DNA of 63,711 nt, the filler included, from Phoronis australis (taxonomy: Eukaryota > Animalia > Phoronida), in assembly GCA_002633005.1 (NCBI GenBank). It is 10 parts of 10 records of this genome, joined end to end, with 100 filler letters (N's around TTAATTAATTAA, not from the genome) between each part and the next. Parts side by side here need not be neighbours in the genome. Positions count along the whole stretch, not along the records: positions 1 to 10,071 come from NMRA01001486.1; positions 10,172 to 13,481 come from NMRA01000942.1; 8 more parts are not named here. One strand, given 5' to 3'. Made by a program: the position numbers and the translations under genes. Below are positions 1 to 13,481 of this stretch, piece after piece (positions within the stretch are counted from its first letter, which is position 1; every line of letters starts with the position of its first letter). The notes under the pieces are model-generated. The model was not told the DNA's origin. It made no database searches and saw nothing but the letters and a program-made list of their open reading frames with translations.

Positions 1-110
1 GCGCACGAAGTCATGCCACTTCTGCGCAACTTTGGTGTCCTTTGGAACACCGAGACGTTTTCCGCCTGGCTGCTGTTGCTGCAGCCTCCGGAAACACATC
101 TTTTGATCCC
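1..110 (-). pseudogene. Degenerate THAP zinc-finger N-terminus (transposon-derived), runs off window start
   Basis: Minus strand reads KRCVSGGCSNSSQAENVS / PKDTKVAQKWHDFVR with one frameshift, matching THAP C-x4-C...(F)P...W pattern. Confidence 0.65.
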
Positions 111-677
111 TCTACGAACCTTCTCGACGCTAAATGTACTTTGCATTCTCTTCACTCTATACACTTTGTCCCTGATCCGAACGGTATGGCGAACGACCTG
201 GGTTCAACCCATGACGTTGTACATAATTATTATTTTTTTCAATTTTTGCGTGTTTCTTTATGAGCTGTGCACTAAAGGCACTGAAATCAAGTAAGATATA
301 ATAAGAAAATTTATTTTGAGGTACTAGAGTCATATTGTGTACACTTTAACACTGCTACGTTGTCAAAAATTGCATACGGGACATATGCTCATATTGAATG
401 TGGGCGCCATATTTTTAAGGTGTGCCTGAAGTTAACGGAACTCTCGCTGACACTGAAATAATTAGAAGTTGAACATATTTGCGCATTTTAATTACTAAAA
501 TAATAACGCCCAGGGTCTGTTGTCAGATATTGGTCGTATACGACGTGCTGATAAAAATTATCTTTGGGGATTTTTTCCACAAACTTGATATTCCATTATA
601 AACAGGAACATGCTGGGGGTAGGTTTAATTTTTGATGATGGTGTTGTACTGGCACCGTTCATGTCTGTCAAGCTCTC

Positions 678-857
678 AATTGACCTATCGCAAGCTCCTC
701 CCCCTTGCGTAATGTCGATTAACAAACAATAAGTTTTACTCGGTAACGGGTTGTTTGTCGGGTAAAATGGCGGCTTGGAAACGAAGGTGTGCCAAGAACG
801 ATGAGTTCTAAATGGTCAGTTAAGCCGTCACTCAAAGTCCTGGCGATAGATCAATTG
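678..857. mobile_element. Short MITE
   Basis: Terminal inverted repeats caattgacctatcgc / gcgatagatcaattg; internal aaaatggcggc; same terminus (gacctatcgcaagctc) recurs at ~50147. Confidence 0.55.
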
Positions 858-3397
858 TAGTATAAGGACACGGAAACGGTCACCCTTCGTCTTTAGTCCC
901 ACAAACAGTGGTTGCTAACGAAATCAGAATGATGGTTTTTCGATGAACTTGGAACACTTGCAGTGCGGATGGACAGGATCATGCGGGATATAAAGCACGA
1001 TGTAGACCTCATGATTATCTCAGTGAATATAGTCACAGGAGTGAACGTCAGAAGCCTAAAGTGAAATGAACTCGAGTTCACCATAAAGTTTCGGCAAACA
1101 TTTTGTTTTCGTTACTACTATCCGATGTGAATTAGGCTAACAATCAAATAATTATGCGGAACATACGTTACTTAGGAGACGAGTGACATCGTCGACAACG
1201 CAAGACTCTTGGATTCTTATTCTCAATACCTGAGTGGCCACCAGCAAAACGTTACGCTGTATAATCGCGTGAGGTTTTTCATGAATATCTCTTATGCCAA
1301 TTGTCAGCGCATCTAACCGTGTCACCGAACTCAACATGCACACCCACGAGGTGTTTTAATCGATCTGACATCTGAATGAAGCTCAGACACTTAATGATGG
1401 GTAAGTAATCTATTAATAGACTTTAAGGCTTAAAATCGCATGATTGTGTGAATCTGTAGTGAAATATCACGGAGAACAAAAGGAAATGAATCAGTTATCA
1501 ATTTAGGTACGCTTGCCGGGGTCGTCCGCCATATTTACTACGTGCTTGTGGGACTTCGCAACGGCAACTATGGTTGGCGTGGCTGACTGTGTTTGTCAAA
1601 AAATGGCCAAGAAAGCTTGGAAAAATGGATTATTTTGAATCTTAACTTTGTTAATGTTCGTGTTGTGATTTATTGTAGTACAAAATACGATTTTTTCAAC
1701 ATACGTGTCTGTGTAATCATGAATAATATATTTTCAAGTAAAATAAGATCACTTTCGTTAGCCTAGACGTTTTATTAACACTGACACGTCTCCAAGTGGC
1801 AAATTCTTATTATAAACCCGGTTTGAAGAAACTTTTGTTTTAGACAACATTCCTGGCTGGCTTCATCTTGCTTCTTACTCTGCATGGGTTTAAGTTGGAA
1901 AAAAATAACAGCTTAGCTTTTAAGACACAACTCAGCGTGCAAAATAACCGGCCAAGAAATCACGCTTATTTTGACTAAAACCAAGAAAAGTTCCAAATTC
2001 GCGCGTGGTAATGTTTTTTTAAAAACTTTTAACCCCAAAGCGCTTCGGTTATGGGGCAAAGCAGTGCTGTAGTGGTGAATCTAGAGGTAAGTTGGCGCCC
2101 AAAGCCCACCGTATCAACTTGAGCACTGAACATAACTTACGGTGCGTACGCGCAACGTTCAAATGCCAAAAGGTGGTTGGCTGCGCCTACGTGCTCCTAC
2201 GCCCCACTATAGCACTGGGACCATTCACGTTGCTAATACGCATGCCCAGAAGCATAAAGAGAGACAATGCGAATGCAATCGTATAGGCATGCTCCGTTGC
2301 TCGTTGTCGTAGTGGCAATGTTATCTTTAGTACTGTGAAGTCAGGCGAGAGCGTATGCTTGTATGGGGAAATGTCTGACAATTCCCCTGGCTACACGTAC
2401 AACATAAGTGCCGCCACAAGACACAGCCGAGGCATTGCCTTTTAGTTGCAGTCACAGTGCCCCACAACAATGAAAACGTGTGACTACGTTTACTGAAAGG
2501 TTTCTTCGACCGAAAGAGCAAAATTCTCCGCGTACAGACTAAACGCAGTAAAAGTTGATTCAGATCGTTTTTTGGAAAACACGTTTTGCTAGTGAATTGT
2601 TTTTGTCTGCATTACACGATCTTACTGGAAACTTGAGCAGACGAGCAGATGCCATTTTTAACAAGTTTAGTTGAAAGCATATTAAAATAACAATACCAGG
2701 CCTATCGTGGAGTTGAAATGCATGTATACAGCATGTAGAAACATGTAAATAGTCTTGAACTAATCTCGATGATAACCTCGTACTAAATGAATTTAAACAT
2801 CACATGCTCGTAGATCAGACAAAATAACTGGGCTCTCTTGGTCAATGTTACATCAATGATGAGTNAAACCTTGGTTCTACACTCGTATATACTAGGATAT
2901 TAACAGATTTGCAATTGCTGAGAAACTGTTGTTTGTTAAGACTTGATCACATGATCAAATCCTGCCATCTTGATTGGATACTGCAAAAGTATAGTGTTCC
3001 CTATTAACTTGCTTATTTACCCCTAAACTCATTTTGTGGTAGTGCTGAGTCCTTCAGGTCTCGACATTACGTTTTGTATAATTGTCCAATCTGACAAATT
3101 AAAATAAAATTTACTTGTCCCGAACTATTGCCAAAGTGGCCACAGTCATTCTGAAGGCATTTGTTCTCCATCTATTATATTGATGGAGGATTTCACTTTT
3201 TTTCATTTCATCTGTTTTGCTCAATTTTTTCAGTTTTGTTATTAGGTTATTAGGTTTTGTAGCATTTGAGCTACTATAAAACCATACACAAACAGATAAT
3301 TTTTCGGCATGTTGGCAGCAAGAGGATCACTGGTGGATCTGCATTGCAGTCTGCAATATCATAATAGGTGCCAACATTTTGTCTCGTAGAGCTGAAT

Positions 3398-5185
3398 AGA
3401 CCCTATTCACGCGGCGGCCATTGAGATCCAAAGCGAGGCTCACTGCGATAAACAAAGCGAAAGTAGACATTGCGTGAGTTAAATAGCCAGTCTTTCGAGT
3501 CCAACCTGGATATTAAATTTTAATGATGTGTCGACAATTAACCACAGAGACGTAGAAAATTACATTAGAGAACAAGTTAAGGCGCCAAAGAGTTGTCTGA
3601 CGAAAGGGTTTAATTTTTTTCGGAAAACTAGGTTCGAAACATGACAAGTAAATATGACCAAATTGCGGCGATCGTAGTGTTACGGATTAGGTCTTATGCT
3701 GAATGCAGGGTTACGTCTTTTCTTGTAAATTGTTGATCAAAATACTTTCTACGCGGACCAGGTCATCTGCTCGTATTGTTGACGAGTTGAAGACATATTC
3801 GACAGTGGTGTTTGTCATGTGCAATTTGTCACATCTCGTTTAATTTGTTGATCAAGAATATTAACATCAAGCATAGCCTGATCCTATGCACTCACTGGGA
3901 CTAACAGTTAATTTGTCATTGGTCTGAAAGAATAATTGATATATTTTTATTAAAATAAAAAACCAGGCTTGTAATTGAAAATAAAAATTATTTGACCATC
4001 AATGCTTTCTTGGTTGTAATAATTCTTACGTCTATTTCATGTGTTAGATTTCAAATATCAATCTGGACCAAGTTGAATTTTAAAATTAAAACACCTAATT
4101 CGTTCGTCTAAAACATAACATCGTTTTAGAACTCAATTTCAGTTAACTGGACAATGCAATCATAGTTACCATGTTTCTGCAGAAGCCTCTTTCATCCGAT
4201 GGGAACGGTTCCAGTGCCTACCACTGAGAGGCGATTTTTCGCCGAGTGAGGGCGGGAACAATCTACCTCCCGATCACCATCAATAGGACCCCCGCCCTGT
4301 TGCAAGCTCTCATAGGCTCTGCCTCAATTTAAAGTAGCCTTTTGTGCTCTTAAAAATTATCACCTGTGTGGTTACAGGTGATGTGAACTTTCATGTGATT
4401 TTTCACTAGGGGAATTTTCATGCCTCGTGGGGGGAATTTCGCGTGATATTTCAATATGTTTGAGAGGGGAATAGGGCCGATATTGGGCCCCAAATTTGAG
4501 GGATTGAGGGCCCAGTCCTTTTTGGAAAGAAAAATTATAATGTTTCAACCCGTAGCATGGGCGGATCCAGGTTTTTCAGTTAGGGGGGGGGCAGGGCACA
4601 GGAATAAGCAGCATTTCGGCAGATGCGCGCGCCCAACCTAAACTCTGGGGATGCAGGGGTCTTGAATTCTTGGGTTTGCGGACCTGTTGACTAAAAAGAA
4701 AACGGTAAACGGGGTTCATTCAGCGCCTATGCGTTGTTTATTCACCCCCCAAGACCCGCCCTGGTTGCGCATGTGTGCTAGTCAGCAATTCGCACCCGAA
4801 CTCAAAAATGGGATCTGATACAATTTTAGGGGGGCCATGCCCCCCCTCCCCCCTAAATCCGTAGTCATGAAAACACAGCCTGGCTGGCCCATTCTCCGGT
4901 CGTTACTATGATGCTTAACACTGACTGACCGACATGCGACAAAATATGATCGAAAACATTTATAAATTTTACACAGACATATTTTGCTTCGTCTCGGCAA
5001 CGACCCAACGCTTCTGAATCTCAACGTCTTTAGAGATTGTGAAGCAGACAGTTGCGTGTCCGTATTTTTTCTAGCCGTTCGCGGAACAACTCGGTCTGAA
5101 ACACAGAACTATGTCGATAAGCTAACAGAGCTATCGTAGCGAGCCTCGTTTTGGAATGCGCCTCCTGTCGGCGTGAATAGGGTCT
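3398..5185 (+). mobile_element. Non-autonomous DNA transposon, ISL2EU-like (copy 1, with additional internal sequence ~4180-4900)
   Basis: TIRs agaccctattcacgc / gcgtgaatagggtct flanked by AT on both sides; high-identity second copy at 45462-46429. AT target duplication with purine-purine termini is typical of ISL2EU. Confidence 0.7.
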
Positions 5186-5220
5186 ATGGGGGAGGTCAGG
5201 AGGAGTGTTTCCCCCTTTCT

Positions 5221-6256
5221 CACGGGTGACAAACAACATGACCGCCGGTCCTCTAAACAAGACCTACGGGTATTAAATGGGACCGGCCCACCAGAAAATG
5301 GGACCGCCGGGGACTGACCATGACCGTTGGGGATTGAAACTGTAATGACAAACAGGCTCAGATTTTTTACCGGTAGGCCTACACAGATCATACAATGGGG
5401 CTATATACGTATGCATATGTAGGTCTTGTGCCGATTAGTCCACCGAAATCTTTTGTGTGCTACAGGACACTTCGCTTTGTAATACGTGGCGCTTTTGAGT
5501 TCTACTTCACCAGGCTGACTGCTACTTATAAACAGTCGAAACGTCAAAATTTAATAAATTTAACCACAATCCAACCACGTATGCCTTTGAGCTAAATAAT
5601 TATAACTTTATCCTCTGCACAAGTTTTAGAACAAAATGAAAATCATTTTCTCCAATTTGACGTCTTGGTCAAGTAAAAAAAATGTTCTGCTTCCCGAGTG
5701 AAGCATCGTCATAACTAGCCTTTGCGCGGCAAAGCTTTATACTGAATATACAGCTTTGCGCCGATGTTGGTAAAAAAATATATGTTAGGTCTTCACCCGG
5801 CGAATTAGTGTTATTAACAACACTCTTCCTTGAGTAAACTAAATTATTTATCAGCACTCGAAAAAACTTGTTATTCTGTCGTTATTCTGCTGCTAAAATT
5901 GAAATGCGTACCTTTAGGTTGGCTCACATTGGCCGGTTCCTTGTTTGTGAGCTCTATGTGTTGACGTAGGTTTCACGACGAGGTGACGAGCAGAACTACC
6001 CGGGCTGTGGGGAATTTCGGCGATGTAACATAGCTCAATAATGCAGTAGTGCCAAGCTTTATTTTGGCGCTTGACGTAACCGCTCAGCTAGCTGTGTCCG
6101 CAGTATCATACAAAGGCCTTGATTACTACATTATTGTTCAGTCCCCGGCGGTCCCGTTTTTGTGGTGGGGCGGTCATGTTTTTTGTTGCATCAGTCCTGT
6201 TTTAGGTGATTCGGTCTGATTTAGAGGAATGGCAGTCATGTTGTTTCTTACCCGTG
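5221..6256. mobile_element. Non-autonomous DNA transposon with long imperfect TIRs and CAC...GTG termini (CMC/EnSpm- or Transib-like)
   Basis: cacgggtgacaaacaacatgaccgcc...gggaccgccggggactga (5221-5317) is inverted by tcagtccccggcggtccc...ggcagtcatgttgtttcttacccgtg (6138-6256); no clean TSD. Confidence 0.65.
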
Positions 6257-6639
6257 GTTCTGTCCATGCTTTCAACTGCAATACTTTGCTAAAAGCCTGT
6301 TCACTCAAGACCAAAGTTTGAGGCATTGTTGTGAAATTCCATTCTGCACTAGTTTATGGCCCACAGCGTTTGTGAGCGACCCCGATTCTTTTCGAAATGT
6401 TTATTTCACACTTTATATTTTGTGCAAAAGTTATTTTTGTTTGAAACAGAGTCTTCAGTTGCCCAAAAGATCAACTCCATGTTTCTTGTTAGCATTAACC
6501 ACACTCTAATTTGATTGTTTTACAAATAAAGTTATGACTTTCTGAGTGATTCACTAAGGCTCGGATCAAAGTAATTTTCTTCATTGCACAGTGGAGCTGG
6601 GTATATGTTATGAGATCTGACATATATGGCTTTTTTCAG

Positions 6640-9507
6640 TCAGTGGAGTCGTTAAAGGAACACGACAAAGAGGTCGCAAAGTGAGAGTGTCTTCCCATTG
6701 GAGGGGATTGGTAGAAGGCGACGTGGTGAACTACTCAACAGAATGTGGAGTCCATTAAACAGGGATTGTAAAATATGTAGATGTATTTAAGCAAGAAGTC
6801 ACAACAGAAGACTTAACAGAGCCATTCTCAATGAATCGCGACAATTCGACTCCTGAGACACTCGATTTTCAAGTATCTTCATCTGGAGCTAACGTATTAT
6901 TTTTTCTTAGTTTAACGTATGAATGATAAGTTTTGAACAATTTCCTCAGCTCAGCAAGTGCAGTTATAGAGTTATTTTGTTGTTTTATTAGAGCAACTGG
7001 ATAATTTATTTGAAAACATAAAAACGCGTTCGTTGGGTTAATTTTCGGTCTAGTTTGTTATCANNNNNNNNNNNNNNNNNNNNNNNNNNNNNNNNNNNNN
7101 NNNNNNNNNNNNNNNNNNNNNNNNNNNNNNNNNNNNNNNNNNNNNNNNNNNNNNNNNNNNNNNNNNNNNNNNNNNNNNNNNNNNNNNNNNNNNNNNNNNN
7201 NNNNNNNNNNNNNNNNNNNNNNNNNNNNNNNNNNNNNNNNNNNNNNNNNNNNNNNNNNNNNNNNNNNNNNNNNNNNNNNNNNNNNNNNNNNNNNNNNNNN
7301 NNNNNNNNNNNNNNNNNNNNNNNNNNNNNNNNNNNNNNNNNNNNNNNNNNNNNNNNNNNNNNNNNNNNNNNNNNNNNNNNNNNNNNNNNNNNNNNNNNNN
7401 NNNNNNNNNNNNNNNNNNNNNNNNNNNNNNNNNNNNNNNNNNNNNNNNNNNNNNNNNNNNNNNNNNNNNNNNNNNNNNNNNNNNNNNNNNNNNNNNNNNN
7501 NNNNNNNNNNNNNNNNNNNNNNNNNNNNNNNNNNNNNNNNNNNNNNNNNNNNNNNNNNNNNNNNNNNNNNNNNNNNNNNNNNNNNNNNNNNNNNNNNNNN
7601 NNNNNNNNNNNNNNNNNNNNNNNNNNNNNNNNNNNNNNNNNNNNNNNNNNNNNNNNNNNNNNNNNNNNNNNNTAGTTAAACACTAGCAAAACCTAAAGTA
7701 TGCAAACAGTGCAACAATTTCCTGCCAATGCATGAACAGCAGACACAATTTGATGACCAATAGGTCTTGAAAATTAACAGACAGGTTTCAGGCTGTTTGG
7801 GTCTGTTGACCCATAGACATATTTTTCTTAAATGAACCCTTTATTAAGACTTAACTACTGAAAAAACTATGGGTGAAATAATTTAGTACATAAAACAGGG
7901 CAGACATGCGTTTTCTGGAATATTGCCTACTGTTTGGGTAGAACTTATGAATTGTTACTGTTCAAAGCATGTTAATATTTCGTGCTGTAATCTAGCAATA
8001 TGTTATTCTTGTTGTAGGACCACGGGACTGCATGTGGTGCTGGAAGAGCTGTCTCTACATTTATTGCCCAAGGTGTTACTGTTGGGTCAGTTATGAAAGT
8101 AAGTGAATATGGTAGTGTTTTCTGCTCTAAAAGTTTTAAATTTCGTGGAACAGAATGTAAGAAGATATTCAAATTTTAGCTCACGCAATGTGTAGTTTTG
8201 TGTAGTTACCTGTCCATTGAGCTGATCCTTGATTAACTAAATTTTACCTGACATTATGGAGAAAGATTCCTGATGAGCCTGCTTTGTGAAACATTTGAAT
8301 GGTGTATTTTTGCAGGTGCCTGATCTCGGTGGTATCAATGTTGTAGTCACGGACATTAATCTGGATGACAACACCTGTCACTGTCTACCTTTTGATGGTA
8401 AATTAAATGCAGACATAACTGTAACACTTCCTGTGGCAGCCCTAGAGCGAAGCAATGTGAAGCTGCCTGCTGATGTACAGCACATTGCTGCAACAAAATT
8501 TAGGTATGTCCCTAAGTGCATTATTTCTCACTTGTACTTCAATCATACTTGCACTAGACCAGTATAGGGGCCAATTTTTATACCATGAAAGAAAAGCATG
8601 CGACATCAGCGTGTAGTAACTGATAATTTAATAGTGCTATGTGTTAAGCAAAACTCGCGGCTGTTGTATTCTTAGATATCTTTTAAATGTGAAAACGAAC
8701 GTATCAAGATGTTTCTCAAAGCCCACATGCAGTGTCATTTCACATCACTACGTCATACATGTAGTATTTAAGGACACAGCTCAATAATTTGCAACTCTAT
8801 TGTTTTCAACCCAACCTAGTTCTAAAAACATGTAGCAAATTGTCAAGCCACTTCTTTGGCATACTATCGTTATGATTAATTGATCACTCTAAGACAAATA
8901 AGTTGCTTGCAAAATGCACTTAAATGGTATTTCACTCGTTAATTATATTTATGTGAGCATATGGACCCGTCTTCGCACATATCATTTATCTATTATTTGG
9001 GACATATGTCAGTCATAAAAGATTTTGTTTGTTACAGTTTGAATTTTTTTCTCATATTGAGGGACCTTATGTTTTCAGGTGTTGTTACCTTGCTACAATT
9101 ACAAATTTGTCGAACAAGGCGTACAGAAACCGTTTTAGGGAGCAACAGCTCTCCTCCGCCATCAACCATGAGGTGCAGGAAGCCCTGACCAGACCGTCAC
9201 ATCGATCGCCACTTCAAGTAGGAATTGTAGACTTGGAAACAGATATGGGAGTTTTCGGTCTTGTTCCCAACTCCCGTATGACTGCTCTGTTTGATTATAA
9301 AAGTGAAAGTATATAAAAACTGGATAGTTTTTTGGGACGGAAGTAGGACATCAAGGAAGCCGAGGGCCACACCAACTTCGTGTCTTCAGTTAAGGTAAAA
9401 CTGAACAGTAGATACTTCCTTACTGTTAAGGTAAGCACTGCCAAGTATTTTGGTCTTCTTCAAGAATCTGACTACAGGAAGGTTTTGATGAGTCACATAC
9501 TTAATTA
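6640..9507 (+). pseudogene. Spliced pseudogene of unknown family (exons ~6640-6870, 8018-8098, 8316-8503, 9079-~9507)
   Basis: AG/GT-bounded exons with matching phases: DHGTACGAGRAVSTFIAQGVTVGSVMK | VPDLGGINVVV...ATKF R | CCYLATITN...; in-frame stops at 9314 (TAA) and ~9344 (TAG in LGRK*DIK) and one in the first block; first block separated by an N gap so its membership is less certain. Confidence 0.6.
7064..7672. other. Assembly gap (N run)
   Basis: Run of N. Confidence 1.
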
Positions 9508-10071
9508 AGTACTAGCTTCAGCTTCACGAAATGATAAACAATGCCTCTGAGTTTTAATCCTCTATTGCTTTAAAAAAAATTCCTGCATTTTTCTTGCCTG
9601 GTGGTGCTCCAATTAGGATTTTACAAGACATCTGGCTTTGGCCAACATTTGTCATGTGTTACCAGTTCACTATAATTGGATATTTTTTATGAATTTGTAA
9701 GCGCATCGTAATTCACGGATACGCTACACAAATAATTTTTAGTAAATAACTGTACAGGCATAATCTCTCACTGTTCTTCACAGTCTGTTGGGAACAGAGT
9801 TCTCAGAGGTTTAGTTCATTAGTGCTTGAGTCACTTTTCTTGACATAAAACTTAGCTGAATCTTTGGAGCGCTTTGCTCTCTAGGAGTTCTTGGTGTAAG
9901 CATGTAGTGTAAATATATTGTTGCTATTAAGTACTAGTCCACGAGAGCACCAACCATGAGCGGCAAGGTGGGGGTCAGCCGATTTTCACCAAATCTGGCA
10001 CATATGTAGTCCTATGGGATCTATAAACAGCGGTAAAATATTTCCTCAAAATATTGCGTTTTTCTAAAGTT

Positions 10072-10171
10072 NNNNNNNNNNNNNNNNNNNNNNNNNNNNN
10101 NNNNNNNNNNNNNNNTTAATTAATTAANNNNNNNNNNNNNNNNNNNNNNNNNNNNNNNNNNNNNNNNNNNN
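10072..10171. other. Artificial 100-bp scaffold linker (N44-TTAATTAATTAA-N44); others at 13482, 16630, 22688, 50624, 52789, 55136, 59145, 62343
   Basis: Identical six-frame-stop 12-mer centred in N runs, nine times. Confidence 0.97.
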
Positions 10172-11449
10172 CGACACAGGTATGTAACATTTCCGTATTG
10201 TACACACAAGATTACAACTATGTCTACTACCAGACGAAGAAATGCAGTAATTCGTTTGAACAAACAGGTTAAAACATTTGAAACCTCAATTTCAACCTGC
10301 ATAACAAAAGAAATTCACAATGAGTTGCTGGAATACTCCAGAATTTTGAAAGCACTGTCTTGCCAAGAAATGTGTATATTTAGAACAGTCATTCAAAATC
10401 AATACATATTTTAGAAGTGATCACTGTCAGCAGAGTCAGACAAAACCAATGCCATCACCCCATCTAAGTGAGCAGTTCAGTGTTGTAATGGCAAATCTCC
10501 AAAGGGTGTTGCACCTTGCTGCAATCAACCTGTGCATCCCTCACTGAGGAAGAAGAAAACAGCAGTGACAGCTCTTCAGAACCTTTGTCTCAGGAGACTT
10601 CATACCAACCAGATAACGATAACATGGACAGTGAGAAAGAAGACAACTTTTCAATGGAAGATGAAGCGGTTGACAGTATCTTCAACAACTTTCAGTACTT
10701 GATGTTCGGTTCAGCATTGAAAGAATTGTTTGTTAAATGTATTGTTGACGCCAATTGCTATACTCCGATTGTAGGGCTGGACGTTAAATATAAAGGAACT
10801 TTGTTGGTCATTCTGGCCACATGCATCAAGCACCACACTTATGTGTGTAAAAGCCAGCCAGTGATCAGACAATCAGACATGGGGAACATCATAGGGGCAG
10901 GATCCGTGCTGTTTTCAGGGAACACATTCACTACAATATCAGAGATTGCGGAACCTAACATGATTTTGCATTTGAATGAACAGCTACAATTGAATGGAGT
11001 TTTTGTATTAACTCTTACCGTGTCTCAGTCAATGTGAAGTTTGTCGAAATAACCTCATTTTTACATTGAAGTTGCTGGTTTTAACCTGGTTTAAGATTTG
11101 GCTAAGCTAGTTTTTCTTGAACGACGTGGACTGTGATTTACAGGTGGTCAAGTACATCGATATGGTGCTGGAGAACTGTTTTTCGACACAGGTATGTAAC
11201 ATTTCCGTATTGTACACACAAGATTACAACTATGTCTACTACCAGACGAAGAAATGCAGTAATTCGTTTGAACAAACAGGTTAAAACATTTGAAACCTCA
11301 ATTTCAACCTGCATAACAAAAGAAATTCACAATGAGTTGCTGGAATACTCCAGAATTTTGAAAGCACTGTCTTGCCAAGAAATGTGTATATTTAGAACAG
11401 TCATTCAAAATCAATACATATTTTAGAAGTGATCACTGTCAGCAGAGTC
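10172..11449 (+). repeat. Near-perfect ~265-bp direct duplication (10172-10438 and 11184-11449)
   Basis: Both begin cgacacaggtatgtaacatttccg and give the same spurious ORF MSTTRRRNAVIRL... Confidence 0.9.
10516..10955 (+). mobile_element. Kolobok-type (THAP-associated DDE) transposase fragment, N-terminal part
   Basis: Acidic linker then QYLMFGSALKELFVKC...C...KGTLLVILATCIKHHTYVCKSQP...GNIIGAGSVLFSGNTF, resembling the Y.VF...L.ELF..C..C...GT.L.....C...H..W.SQP...GN....A.LFSG region preceding the DDE core; truncated before catalytic residues. Confidence 0.6.
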
Positions 11450-11665
11450 AATGCCAAGTATGATCAAATTCAAACATTGTGTCAAAGTTTCCCATGCACA
11501 AATACTATGTATTTGAACTTCCACACTGAATCCGTAATCTTCGTCATAAAACACCACTTTAAAGGAAGCAAACTAATTGTGAAGACGGTTTCGCAAGAAG
11601 GACCCGTGAACATGTGTCCCTTCTTACAAAGCTGGGTATCGGGAAAGCCCAAGAAAAGAATATAA
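11429..11665 (+). mobile_element. Possible second, diverged fragment of the same transposase class
   Basis: IQTLCQSFPC...HFKGSKLIVKTVSQEG resembles KGTLLVILATC..H of the 10516 ORF. Confidence 0.3.
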
Positions 11666-11875
11666 GAAAAAAGCAGAACCGCTTCGCAATGCAGTAAAAA
11701 TACATGACGTGTACTGAAAGAAATTTTTAACATCATTTTGATGCAGTTAATTACACCACTTCGTAATTTTCATGTTTAGGCAACAATAGGGGAGTGCGAT
11801 CAATATTCAGTTTGATGAAGATTTTGCGGTTCAATTTAATTACCAGTAAATTAGGAATCACATTGTGATTAGTCA

Positions 11876-12452
11876 AAGTGCTCTGCAATCTATGTGAAAA
11901 TTAGACAGCACACTATAACTTATCTTTTATTAGGTTCCTCCCATTCATACCTTTGCAAAACAGATCTACTCATGTGGCATACAAGACCAGCAACCGAGAA
12001 AACAACTGCTTTTATAACAGCTTAAGTTTGATATAGTATAGGAGAGACACAGAGGCGAAATTCATGAGATTGGTCACCACCTTGAGAAGAGTTCTGTCAC
12101 TTGACAGCGTGATCAAGCAGGTAAATATTGCACCATAAAAACAAAAAGACTGAATAAGTCGAAGTGCTCTGCTATCTTTGTGAAAATTAGACAGCACACT
12201 ATAATTTTTATCTTTTATTAGGTTCCTCCCATTCATACCTTTGCAAAACAGATCTACTCATGAGGCATACAAGACCAGCCACCATGAAAACAACTGCTTT
12301 TACAATAGCTTAAGTTTGATATAGTTTGGGAGAGACACAGAGGCGAAATTCATGAGACTGGTCACCACCTTGAGAAGAGTTATGTCACTTGATAGCATGA
12401 TCAAGTAGGTAAAATATTACACCATCAAAAAACAAAAAGACTGAATAAGTTG
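11876..12452 (+). repeat. Tandem duplication of ~285-bp unit
   Basis: aagtgctctgc...tgtgaaaattagacagcacac...aaagactgaataagt occurs twice consecutively. Confidence 0.9.
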
Positions 12453-13324
12453 TGTAAGAAAATACTAAAATGAGTATGAATTATAAGTTCATTAATAGAA
12501 TGTGTTCATCATAAGAAATAGAAAATTGCTATATAGAATTTACTTCTATGTTAATTAAACCAAGTCAACATTTCTCCACTGGTAAGGGTTTATCCATTCA
12601 TTGTGAGGCTGCTCTGCAAGCATGGGTAAACCTTTTATGCTTTTGTCATATTGAACATGTATGGTACACATATTCAAGATCCATTCACTCTGGATACTTA
12701 ATACAATGATTCTTTCCAAAGGTGTCCACACTACAACTATATGACATTCGCACACATTGAGGTTCATACGGACTACCAATGTTGAAATCCCTTTTGATAT
12801 GCATCAACTTAGAGCTCTCAATAATTTTCTCTGAAGCACAAGTCTAGATCTGTAATCTGTTTTCTCAAATTAGGGACCAATTTCAATAAACAAACTTAAA
12901 TCCATATTTTTTAATTCAAGGATATGTCACAGCCTAAGGTGGTTTTGCATTTGAATGAACAGATACAATTGACTTGAGTTTTTGTCTTAACTCTTTCCTC
13001 CTCTCAATCAGTTTGAAGTTTGTCGAAATAACCTTCTTTTCCCATTGAAGTAGCTGGTTTTAGCCAAGTATAAGATTTGGCTAAGCTAGTTTTCCTTGAA
13101 CGGTCCCATCTTTCTCATCATGTGAATTGAATGATGTTACTTACAAAACTGGTTGTGCCTGTTGAGTTCTTATAACTCGTTTAGCGTAGTACGGAAGTGG
13201 TGTGTCATACTTTCTATGAACGATCATGGTAATTGAAGGACATTTTAAAACTTCCATCAAATATGTTAATAACAAGAGCCAACAATTTCGAGACAGTTGA
13301 AATGCTTCTCAACAAATGTACATT

Positions 13325-13481
13325 TACCGTAATCGTTCGGGTTAACGCCCATGCTCAGTTAACCGTCCACACCTACTTTAGGTGGATTTTCGATTTAACC
13401 GCCCACTGCTCGGTTAACCGCCCCCCTGCTATTTTTGAAGATTTCCAATTAAGCGCCCACCTCTCGGTTAAGCACTTATCC
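13325..13481 (+). mobile_element. Left end of Tc1/mariner(pogo)-type MITE with subterminal ttaaccgccca repeats
   Basis: taccgtaatcgttcgggttaacgccc; complementary right end at 55236-55379; related end at ~18890-18964. Confidence 0.6.

Noticed and set aside
7006-7689. Long ORFs 7006-7689 and 7055-7675
   Set aside because: Composed of N.
10116-10127. Recurrent TTAATTAATTAA palindrome, nine times
   Set aside because: Always centred in 100-bp N blocks; an artificial six-frame stop linker, not biology.
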